NCBI GenBank assembly: GCA_002269645.1
Contig: NIVC01000440.1
Location: 1-64,000, forward strand
Direction of reading: 5' to 3'
Origin: Macrostomum lignano
Lineage: Eukaryota
DNA: 64,000 nt
Below are positions 1 to 11,521 of this stretch, one piece after another. A program made the translations under genes and the position numbers. The notes beneath the pieces were generated by a model. That model saw only the letters and a program-made list of their open reading frames with translations, was not told the origin of the DNA and ran no database searches. The number at the start of each line of letters is the position of its first letter. The first letter of the stretch is position 1.

Positions 1-1143
1 TAATAGGTTTAAATATGGGTACAAAAGCAATCTACCATAAAAAATCATTCTTTATAAACTGCAAGATCTTTTTTTTGAAAATTAAAATTTTTTTAACAAA
101 ATCTTAACTCTATGATATTGGAAGAGTTTAAGATTTAAAACTTTGTAGCAATAAATTTCATATCAACTTGTTCAACCAAGCCGGCCGAATCTGAATTCAA
201 CTATTTTGGACCAAGAAGCTATACAATCAAAACAAAAGTCAATAGACACAGGTAAATGAGTTAAAAAGGCAATGAAACAAAGTCAGTTTTTCAACTGAAT
301 GAAAAAAGCAGAAAATCCAACACACGTAAACCGACTGTTTTAAATGCAGGTTTTTTAAAGATTCGCTGTGCAGTGCCTATGCGTCAGTTCAGTCAGTGAG
401 GAGCCATTGTGACAAAACAACAAGCCTCAGAATAGAAAATAGTACATATCTGTATGGTCAATGGCTAGATGGTCTAGTCATTGACTGACTCTACGATTAG
501 ATATTGCGAAGGTTTCTGTGACATGACAGCTTATTATTATGACATCATGAAAACTTATTATAATGTTTATATATAATTTTGGTTTAAGTAGTTCAAATAC
601 ATTGCTTTTTGGTTCAGTAAAATGTTTAGTTTGTCTATCTCGACTCGATGTACTATAACTGACTTGTTATCTAATTATCTTGCCAATTGCCATTTTGTGT
701 TTTAACTCAAATGAAAATTAATACTCTATCTAGGTTTTTTATAGTGTGCTACTTTATTTGTTTCTTGATGTTCATATTTCATTAATTTTATACGCATATG
801 TACATATAAATTATAATTGTAAAGGATATTATATCAGTTGATGATTATAGAGATAGGGTCTCTATTAAAAATGAAATAGTTAACTTTACATTTTTGCTAG
901 AAGTGTTACTAATAGTAATAGTTAGAGGTATCTATAAATATTTTTACCCACTTTTTATTTTTATTTAATGTTTCATTCCTTTAAGTACCTTGTCATAATC
1001 ATGTAGGTTAAATATTGTTTAAATATGGTGTTCATTAAAGCCTTAGATATATATAATTTGGGTAATAGAAATCATTAATTAAAGCAAAAACTAGTTTCTT
1101 TGACAATATAGCTTTATAATGCTTTCAACTTCATTACAGAAGG

Positions 1144-2821
1144 ATGGCATCAGAAAGAATAGAGAAAAATTTTGATCCAAACACAATTGAGGTAAGTGAG
1201 GACTTGGTGTCTATAGCTAGATATCAGCTAGACTTTCTGGAAGCAGTTGACCACAAGCCCATATTGAACAGTGATGCAGTGCTAGACAGGGCGCTACACC
1301 GCTATGAAACCATGTGGCTTCCACTGTTGTGGAGTAATAAGGACAGCTGCGATTGATGAAGCCGCCATTTGATATGGCCTGGATTGCCCACTGCCACCAG
1401 CTGGCTCCCAGGTGCTACAGGAGTGACGTCATCAACCTGATTGGTTAGTCGTGGGTGACAATTTAAGAATCCAACCTGACTAAATCCCTACATTATTTTG
1501 AAAATCGGTGCTGTTAACACATTTTGGTGCCGCAGACAGTCAACTTAGCACCGCAGACACTCATTTTAGCGCCGCAGACTCATTTTAGCGCCGCAGACAC
1601 TCATTTTAGCGCAGCAGACACTCATTTTGGCGCCGCAGACACTCAATTTAGCGCCGCAGACACTCATTTTGGCACCGCAGACACTCATTTTGGCGCCGCA
1701 GACACTCATTTTGGCGCCGCAGACACTCATTTTGGCACCACAGACACTCATTTTGGCACCGCAGACACTCATTTTGGCGCCGCAGACTCATTTTGGCGTC
1801 CTCAAGCAAATGACTGATTTCGATAACGGGTCACAAGAAGGGGCGGGGGGACAAAGCATTGGCATGCCCCGCCCAGCATAACTTTTACTGCTTTTACTGG
1901 GGGACATGTTCCCCCCCCAGGGTGGCGGCGCCCCTGTTTGCTACTATCGAGGGGATAATAGATAGTTACCAAAGTGGCGAATGCACAAACACTGCAGGTG
2001 TAGGGATGAGAGCTGGGTAAGAAAGAAATTCAGGTTAAGTAGCAGCCAATCGAAAGGAAGCTAGAGGTGAGGACAGACTCAAAAAGTAAATTGACAGATA
2101 TCGGAGCACTGATAAAACCAATTCCTGCCACTGCATGCAAACTTCAGGCTTCGTCCCGGACACGCAGTCGCCCACTCCGGACACCGTTTCCGACGAGCTG
2201 AGCCGCAAGCTCTGGTCCAGCGCTCATCCCAGCGAGCCCTTTGACCTGGACTTGACTGCCGTGGCTGCCGCAGCTCCTGTGGATGGCGCTGGCAGCGGCT
2301 TCGCCAAGTCGCGGCTGACCTACGACATCCGCGGCGCAGCGCAGCGACAGCGGGGCTTCTTCTACAATGTGTCCCTGCCGCACTACAGGGACAGCCAGTT
2401 TCTTCAAGCCAGTCTCAGACGGTACAAACAGTTCCTCAGGCTGCAGCAGCTCTGCCCGCAGGTGAGCCGAGTTGGTACAATTCATTAATCCTTGATTAGT
2501 TGATTACCATTAATATTAATACCATGTCCTCTCCCATCTGGCCTCTCCCATCTGGCCTCTCCCCCCTGGCCTCTCCCCTCTGGCCTCTCCCCACTGGCCT
2601 CTCCTTTCTGGCCTCTCCCCTCTGGCCTCTCCCCTCTGGCCTCTGGCCTCTCCCCTCTGGCCTCTCCCCTCTGGCCTCTCCCCTCTGGCCTCTCCCCTCT
2701 GGCCTCTCCCCTCTGGCCTCTCCCCTCTGGCCTCTCCCCTCTGGCCTCTCCCCTCTGGCCTCTCCCCTCTGGCCTCTCCCCACTGACCTCTCCTTTCTGG
2801 CCTCTCCCCTCTGGCCTCTCC

Positions 2822-2896
<75 letters not shown>

Positions 2897-5800
2897 CCCA
2901 TCCGCCTACGCCACTGGGCAGAGTATTCAATGTAGTAAAAATACCAAGCCAGGATATACTTCAGTATCAAAACGCTGCCCAGGAGTTCCTGGTGCCCTGC
3001 TACGACATTGACCTGATGTGGCACTCGCACCAGCTCACTCCCCTGGCGTACGAGCGAGACTGTCTGCGTCTACTCAACCGGGTGCTCAGCCACGATGACA
3101 ATGTTGGCGACCGAAGCGACGGCAGCAGACTGTCCAAGGCGTACGCCAGGACTGCTGAGCTGTGGCTGCAGCACTTTGGCCAGAGCTACGCCAGGAGCGG
3201 GTATTCAAGAAAATTCATTTTTTCTACTCAGTATTTCTTTTTATGTCAATGAGTAGAATCTTTTTGAAAACTCAAAAGTCCCATAATAGTACTTTAAGGT
3301 TTTACGTCTCCTTACACGGAGCACTTCTAAGAGTCGTAGTAACCAGCACTTATTAGCCAACACTTTTTGTCAGCAGCCTATAAGGCTTATTCACACCCAC
3401 CCCATTTCTCTGTCCCCGTTCGTCACCCACCCCATTTCTCTGTCCCCGTTAATCTCCCACCCCATTTCTCTGCCCCGTTCGTCACCCACCCCATTTCTCT
3501 GCCCCGTTCGTCACCCACCCCATTTCTCTGCCTCGTTCGTCACCCACCCCATTTCTCTGCCCCTGTTATCGACCACCCACTTTGCCGCCAAATGAGGCAT
3601 CAAATCACCCGACCGATATAAAAATGAATGAAATCTGATGATCACGAATTTTGGCCCTAGTTAATGTTGATATGAAGTAGTAACCTTTAGTAGTATTGTT
3701 CCAAAGTCAGTACCAACTAGTTTTTTATATATTCTAAAGAGTTACGTTTTCTTAATCCAAATCTCTAATTACCTCCAAAGCTATCGGCAAATCTTCAGTT
3801 ACGAGTAGATTTCTGACGATGAAACCCCATAACAATCCGTGACGCCCTGCAGCTGCATGTACCGCGGCGAGTCCCCAGCTGGCAGGCTGTCCAAGTTCAA
3901 CCTCAGCTGCCTCCATTCGGGCTGCCAGCGACGCTACCAACTCAGCCTGACCCGCATGGAGCTGACTGCGCCTCCAACTATCGACCGTTACAAAGTGGTC
4001 CTGCTGGCGCCCAAACTGCCGCCTTGCAAGCCTGGTAAGAGGAGACGTCTGGTCGCCATGACGCAGGCTCAGGGAACTGTCGTTGAGTCTCCCGTAACCG
4101 TCTTTGATTACCTTGTTAACGGCGATGGCGACCAGCCTCTGCTGCTAGAGCTGATTGACAAGCGAAAGAGCTCGACTGGATTGTGCGGCTGCGGCGGTAC
4201 TATGCTTGGCAATTGCAAGGTGAATGCATTGGTTGCAATTTTGTATACAGCTTGAATAAGATGCGAATGTCTAATTCTAGCATTGCACTGATAGTTCCGT
4301 AGAACTCTGAAGTTGTGTTAAGGCTAGCTGGAAAATAGTATCGGTCTTGGTCTATGTCAAGTTTGATCATACTCGTACTTTTGGACACTCACAGCAGGTG
4401 TTGAAACTCAAACAGTAAACCAATTCCTCACCGCAGGTCGCTGTATCGGACAGCATAAAGCAGTTGCCTCCCACCGAGCCAGTTTATAAGCTGGTCTGCG
4501 ACGCTTCGTTTTCTTACGAAGCTCCAAACTACGGTATCAGCAACTTTGCGGCTGAGCTGACCTTCTCGTCAAATGTGCCTTGTATTTTCGATTGTAATTT
4601 GCGTCTTGTTCCGGGCGACTGGGTTGTTGCGATTATGCCGACGGATGTGCCCAGCCTTTGGGGGCCTGTGCCGCTGGGTCAAGTGCCCCAAGGTCAGGAG
4701 CATCGTTGCATTGTGGCGTCGCACAGGTAATAATAGATCTGTAGTTTTAGCATATGTCCAATCGAAGAAGTCATTGGTATGTGCTGTAACAATCTACTCA
4801 TTCTCTTCCAGCCTAGTCACGGAGAGCTCGCAGTTGGTTTTCACAGTTCGAGTGATTCATTCGCAACAACTGGGCCAGTCGGTAGTGCAAGTGTTCAACG
4901 GTGACAGCATGGTAACCGTAGCTTACATGATTGGCGTTGACCAGTTGCCCACGCCGTCTCAGGTGAGTCTTCAACAAACTATTATTTCTCTTGTTTAGTC
5001 GATGCAGATTCTTAGTAGGCTACGCAAAAATTCCAGGTTTCCATTAAAACCACGCTCGAATTTTAGTGTACTTGACTAGCGTTCGCCCCCTCCAGGGGTG
5101 CTGCTTTGAAAAGGATCAATGATCACTTTATTGATTTGCCATCTGAATTTTTCTAGTGCACAAATGTAATAGTGTCCTAGCTTTGATTTTTGGCATCCTT
5201 ACTATGGACCTGCGTTGCCAAATGTCATCAACGTTCTCCAGACGAATGTTACTTACGATAAACTTGAAACGAAAACACTGGTCAGGATTTACGAGGGGAT
5301 TGCTGAGATGTCAATATTCTTGACGGGGAGGAATGGCCGAGACGTCAAGGTTGATATGTCAGACGCTACACATGTATAGTTTATTCAAAAAAATTCATTA
5401 AATTCTTCGCTGGCTCTCTAACGGGGGGGCGCTGATTGCTATTGTGTTTCTAGAAGTAGTGTGGAGTTCCTAAAATCGTTCGCGCTGATAATTTGCATCT
5501 TGAATTTTATTTTGGCATCAAGTATTTAGGCCCACTACGCGAACACAACACAGTGTCAATGTCAACCAAATTTGAAGTTGAGAAACGTCTCTTCTGGTGA
5601 AATTGCATATATGGCCTTTTTCATTTTGTTTAAACTCTTTTCAGATCACTACAGCTAAGCGCGGCCCGCCCAGCCTCAATCCGGGCGTCAGGCAGCGCGC
5701 CTTCATCATCAAAGATGCCGCCGGAGACTGGGGTCTGTTGCTAGGCAACTGGACTGGCCGACGTCGCGGTGTTCCGGCGACGCCCATGACGCCACCCATT

Positions 5801-6892
5801 CGAGGAAGTCCGGGCTACCTAGACCTGATTCTGCACAACCTGTCGCCTGATACATCAGGTAACACCAGTCACAGGATGCGTCTGCCAAACTCGGACAGCT
5901 CAGACCAGCACGTGTTTGACTTAGGCGGTATCTACGTTGACCTCAGCAGAGGCAGCGCCTGCATCGATGCTCAGTGCCGCTCCGCACCTCAGCTAGTTGC
6001 GGCGGCGTTCTGTGCAGCAACTCTAGAGGCCATGTGTCAGCCGCTGCCACCAGCCGCAGCCACAGCCACTGGTCAGTTGGCCGACAGTGTCGATTGCCAG
6101 AACTCTCAGGTAGCCAACGCCGCTCAGAATCTTGGCGAGAAGATTCGTGTAATCGGCTCACCGAAGCTTCAATCGTTGGTGACGCACCCGACAACAACTG
6201 TGACCCGAGGCCGAGCCACCGTGCGTCGGGTTGACCCGTACTCGGTAGCTTTCTGCCAGGCTACAGGTGTGCTCTACCTGGACTGGATGCCGCTCCGGTG
6301 GCACTGGCACTGCGGCCACTGGTGGCAGAGGGCTCGGCAAGGCAGCGGCAGCAGCGGCGGCAGCGGCCACAGTTTCGGCTGCGAAGCTGACGCCGTCGGT
6401 CTAGCAACAATTGTTGCTACTGGCGGCTTCGACGATCTTCAACAATCTGTTGAAGAGTGCGGCGGTGGACTGGACGCCGTCACTGGCGAGGTGACTTTCG
6501 ATGACGAAGTCGGGATTGGAAACGACTGCTTTGACGCCAGCGGCGGTTGCGGCAGCGGTGATGATACTGGCTTTGACGCCGGCGGCTGCGGTGGTTGCGG
6601 CGGCGGCTTCGGCGGCTTCAGTGGCTTTAGCGGCGGTGATGATACTGGCTTTGACGCCGGCGGCGGCTTCGGCGGCGGCGGCGATGATACTGGCTTTGAC
6701 GCCGGCGGCTGCTTCGGCGGCGGCGGCGATGATACTGGCTTTGACGCCGGCGGCTGCGTCGGTGGAGGCGGGACATGCGCCGGCGGCGGAGATGGCGGCG
6801 GTGGCGGCTGCGGAGGAGGCGGTTGCGGAGGAGGCGGTTGCGGAGGAGGTGGTTGCGGAGGAGGCGGTTGCGGAGGCGGTTGCGGAGGCTGA
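1144..6892 (+). CDS. GRDP: Glycine-rich domain-containing protein (GRDP/DUF1399 family), 7 exons, with a 1-nt frameshift in exon 1
   Basis: Exons 1144-1443, 2148-2461, 2983-3200, 3853-4219, 4437-4726, 4812-4962, 5645-6892, with GT/AG ends and consistent phases. Family motifs: LHRYETMWLPLL, KPPFDMAWIAHCHQL (shifted frame), FLVPCYDIDLMWHSHQL, GCMYRG, LPTPSQ, AFIIKDAAGDWG, terminal GGCGGG repeats. Confidence 0.85.
1524..1797. repeat. 21-bp minisatellite (GGCGCCGCAGACACTCATTTT) in GRDP intron 1
   Basis: About 12 tandem units read directly; explains spurious ORFs 1524/1566/1627. Confidence 0.95.
2529..2897. repeat. TGGCCTC/TGGCCTCTCCCCTC compound minisatellite in GRDP intron 2
   Basis: Tandem 7- and 14-bp units between donor 2462 and acceptor 2982. 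Confidence 0.95.
3394..3575. repeat. About 29-bp degenerate minisatellite (CACCCACCCCATTTCTCTG...) in GRDP intron 3
   Basis: About 6 units visible. Confidence 0.85.
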
Positions 6893-9800
6893 CAGGTACA
6901 CCGCTTGCACAAGTTTATTATGATTTATTATGTCTAATAATTCTGTTCCTTGCGATGGAAAACACCTATTGAAAACATAAGGCTGCTACATTTACATGTA
7001 AGCTTTCAAAATACGTTTGTATCAACCCCAAATCTCTGTATTTATTTTCACAAGATGTTTTACAGTTATTTTTGTTTTAACAGCTGCTGGATGCCTAGGC
7101 ACCTCTTGCACTTCAGTTCAAATCCGTTTTTTGCTCAAGAATTTTACCCTTTTATGATGCAATCAATCATTGTTAATATATACAGTTAATTATAATGGAA
7201 ACTCAGCCACTCATTTTGCGTGTATATGCCTACGTCGACTGTACGTCAAGAGACATTATAAAATGATATCATAATTTAAAATCAATTTTGTTTAAACGCT
7301 AGATGTTAAATCGCAGTCACGGGAACTAAAATTCTCTGAAAAATATTTTCTTTACATTGACGCGTTTAGGATTTTAATAGCTAGCTTTAGACGATAGAAC
7401 CAGTATTTTTTTGGTTTACTTATTTATTTAAGAGAAGAAAATCGTTCTAGCAAAAGAGCCACGCAAGGACAACTAAAGCAACGTATATACAGGACGCGAC
7501 ACTCAAAATCTATGGAAAATGTTTTGAAGGCCACTTTTCGCCGAAAAATACACTATGGAGATAGGAAGTTTTCATTTTTTCAGCACAAAAATTGTTATTG
7601 CTTTCGATAGGAGGCAGACCCAATGTTGATCTTTTGATATGCTGTGCCGTTCTTATAGCTCTATTGATATTCATAAAGCTTTTCGGTCAGAAAATTAGGA
7701 ATCGAAGTAATTTTTTTATTCTACGCACAGTTGCATGTGTCATGTGCCTAAAAACCATTAAAATGGCACATTGGTTTTATGAATCTATTTTATCATTCTT
7801 GGCTGGCTGTGTAGCAATATGTGTAACAGAGATGATAAAATAGATTCATAAAACCAAATATTCGGAGCTGTGCCATGCATATCTATGATATTTAGATACA
7901 GGAAATGTACGTAGAATAAAAAATTAACACATAGAATCCTAATTTTCTGAATGTTATAGGGGGTGTTTAATTATTATAAACGATCTCACCGACGTCACCA
8001 AGTTGTCGGAGGGGTATTTGAACTAAGTTGGGAATCCTACAATTTCCACCAAATTGTGGTAGTGCTCTAAAGTTACAAGTTCTATCCTAATAGCTAACAC
8101 CAAGTTGTTGTAGGTGATTTTTATGCCTATTCACAATTTCACTGCTATTGCCAAGTGGTACTGGGGTGAAATTTGTTATGATTCTAGAATTTCATAAAAT
8201 TAGCTATTAAATTAGTTATGAACTACTAAAAGACTGGGTCACGGAGTTAGGCCTATGGGCTTTCACGTAAGCACGGATTGCCCTGGTAGCGCGCAGTGCC
8301 CGAGCGGCAAGACACTGTTTAGCTAGAAAAGGGGGGGGTGACTAAGTCCTAAAGCAGCGCCCTCCAATGGATCGAGGTTGCCCGGTGAATTTCAGTTTCC
8401 TCTTACGGATTTGCTTTTGTCATATACGACTTCCCATTGGTTGTTCAATTCGAATATTTCTATTGGGATTTTTCTCCCTCTTCAATTGGCTCTCTACGCC
8501 TCTACTGTTCGCGGTTCCGCTATTGGCTTTTAGACTGATCGTCTTGAGCTTTCGGTAAATTCTACCTGGCCAATGAGCATTCGCTCTTTATTCTTGGCAA
8601 ATGAGGAAGGCTTTAGCAAAATTCGCTTATTCAGTTTGTTAGGCAGATAGCCTTGAACCAAAAACTCGGTTGCCTCTCTGGGCGCTGAATTCGCGTCTAT
8701 TTATACTACCTAGGTCTACCTAGAATTTTAGCTATGTTTGAAGTCTAAATTTAGTCTATACTACCAAAAAGAGGGGGAGGGGGGAGGAAGAGCGTATTCA
8801 AACAAATATCTTCCAAAAAAAACGGTCACTAAGAAAAACGGCGGGGATTCAAAATAAACCCTTTCTCATGAACGAAAAGCTTTTTGAAGTGACAACCGCG
8901 CAGGCTAGGATCATCGATAAGCCAGCCATATAGGATATAGCATTGCAGTGTTCCTGTTTATGCTCTAAAATTTAAACATACGGAACGTTACAGGCTAGAG
9001 CCGCGGTGTCTACATGCAGCCACAATTGGCAGAAATACGGCAGTCGATGTTTAGGCGGCAGAGCTGCTTAAAATATTGATCAGAAAAAATCTGCACTGCA
9101 CACTATAACACAGATCCACAGTCAACCATGAACGCAATTATGCTGATATGTTTAATGTACAATACACATTCTTTCGAGTCTGCATGTCGACTGCTTGACC
9201 ATAACTTTTGATATGTACTTCTTCAATATGATCGAGTATGAGTATGAGAGCGGTCACCGACAACTGCAACATAACATATATCATGTGGATGTTCTTGGGC
9301 CAAGGGCCTTGAGTCCTTAAATGATTTCGATGCTGTCCTCTCCCACCTCGATCAATTATACCTGTACACATGTAGTGCACCGGTGTCTATTTTTATGCTG
9401 CCTTTATTTTTATGGCGAATTTTCCGGACTGTGTGAGGTCCGGACTTGGGTGAAATGCACCTTAATTTATTTCATATCTTATTTATAAAAAAAATTTTTT
9501 TATAAATATTTGTATAATCTATTTTTGGAATTAAAGTAGTTAGATATATTATTGAAACTGGATGGACTCAAATTCTGGGACAACTACACAATTTTAACAG
9601 CTACCACAGCACCTAGAAACCTAATACCAAACATAGCACATTTGTGTTTCAAATACAAAAGGAGTTACCATATAGTAAAACAATAGTAATAGAGCATGTA
9701 CAGTAAGTATTGCAGAATAGGAACACACTACTGAATAAATACTGACTAAAATAATTAATAGATAATTTCTAGGAATGCAGGATACATTATAAAAAAGTAC

Positions 9801-10005
9801 AATCATTCGAATGATATATAAAAATACTTTACAATTACTATTTTTAGTTAATAGGTCTAGGCCTAGTCTTTGAGTCACTATTGGTCAGATTAGCTATCAC
9901 TATTTAGCCAGGGGTGTTAACTAATTTGCCTTGGCAATAAACATGTTTAGCAATAGAGATTCACTAGTATAAATATAGCAAAAGCAAATTCAGCAGCAAT
10001 ATAGT

Positions 10006-10999
10006 TGTAACGTTTGGTCTCTGATTCGTCTCGAGGTGGCCTGGCAGGTCTTTGTATCCCACCGCTGCCACCAGTGAAGTACTTCTCCTTCTCGGGTTCT
10101 CGAAGATGTTCCTAGCAAATAGAACCCGCTGCTCCTGAAGAAGCTAGATAGCACCGCAGTACTACCTATCGATTTGCCTGAAAATGAACCTAAAACGTTG
10201 GCCTTGACTTGGTAGGGTTGCTGCCACCTTGGTGTGCGGACTCGACGTGTCGGCAGAGTTGTCTATCCGTCACCTGAAATAAAATTAACGAAGACACTCG
10301 TAGCAAAGGCCAAATCTGAAAATGTCTCAACAGTCGATTGTCTTAGTTGAATGCTACTCAGACCTGAAAACCTGTAAAACCTGAAATGAGAGAGGAGAGC
10401 TCGGAGGCAGAGGCTTCACGAGTTAGCCATAATGCTCCGCGAGACGACGCAGTCTACGACACGGTCTGGAGAAAATTGGCTCGCAGATGCTCCGTATTTA
10501 TAGACGAGCGGACCCCCAAAAGTCACGTGAGTTTCATGCGGTGAGCGCGTGAAACTTCCTTATTTGGGCATTGGAATCATGCGAACGACGCGTGATCCAA
10601 GGCCAACTTCCAAATAAGGCAACCCTGTCACGCAGCAGTGGCGTGACTCAAGGTCAGCGGCCACGCACAGAGTGCGTGCACAGTCACGTGCTTAGTCTGT
10701 GCTAAAAATAGAATCGTGGGCGGATGAGTCATCCTGTTTACTCCCTCTAGGCAGCCCTTACACTCCGCGCAGGTGATGAGTCATCCTGCTACGCCTCCTC
10801 AGCGCGAGTGGGAAGACATTGAGTGTGGCTGCCCGCGCCCGCTCAGGCGATGAGTCATCGGGCAGTAAACACTTAGGCCCAGCACAGGGTAACTCTCTCA
10901 CTCGCTCAGGTGGACTGAGATACTGTGCAGCGGATCACAGCACTCTTAAGGAAAGCTAGTGAATGCTGCTGAATAGCCAGATAGCAGCCAGTCACTACA
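10006..10999 (-). repeat. 3' LTR (994 bp)
   Basis: Starts TGTAACG, ends CACTACA; 10510-10999 is identical to 19610-20099 (offset 9100). Confidence 0.95.
10496..10857 (-). promoter_or_regulatory. LTR U3 promoter/enhancer: TATA box, 2 ETS+CArG composites, 4 AP-1 sites, 2 CACGTG E-boxes (copy in the 5' LTR at +9100)
   Basis: TATAAAT (minus) 10496-10502; CCTTATTTGG 10558-10567 and CCAAATAAGG 10610-10619, each overlapping ACTTCC; TGA(C/G)TCA at 10644, 10725, 10777, 10851; CACGTG at 10524, 10685. Motif matches only; function not shown. Confidence 0.65.
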
Positions 11000-11521
11000 C
11001 TCTCCCCGTCCAAATTAAATTGCAGCAGCGGAACGATGATACAATTTTATTTGAAAAACAAAACGGCTCTAACAAGGCCACTGAAGTATTTATTGCTACT
11101 AAAGAAGAAAATCAATGCGCGCCAGTCAAAAAGATGGTGTACCACTGCGAAAAGGCAACGTGAACTACATGTCATATTAATTGCGGAATAAAATGTTGAT
11201 TACATGAGACAGTTTTTAGATTAGACTGCATAGTTGTAATGATGAGAGATATTTTAATTTTGAGATTTTTGAAAGAAAGATTTCCTGATTATTGATTAAT
11301 AGATTATTTAATAAAGTATAAATGTTGTCATGTAATTTAAAATTTTGTCGCATATAAACTACAGATGATGTCAACAGTTTAACTTGTTTGATGGTGTTTT
11401 TAATGAAAAATATTGATTTGAGCAAAAGTGACTTTGAGTAATAATAGAGCCAACCTTGAGCTCGCGGAAATAACTTTCACGAAATAACGGGTTGATGAAT
11501 TATTGGCCAAAATGGCTGAAG

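Noticed and set aside
1850-1936. Possible MITE end (…GGCGGCGCCCCTG) next to the 21-bp array
   Set aside because: No matching opposite TIR or TSD could be found.
6950-9990. Short ORFs in the AT-rich interval (7592, 8367, 9138, 9621)
   Set aside because: No recognisable motifs or splice context; random ORFs.
10963-11425. ORFs 10963-11163 and 11216-11425 at the LTR/PPT boundary
   Set aside because: Short, no motifs; AT-rich 3' untranslated region of the element.
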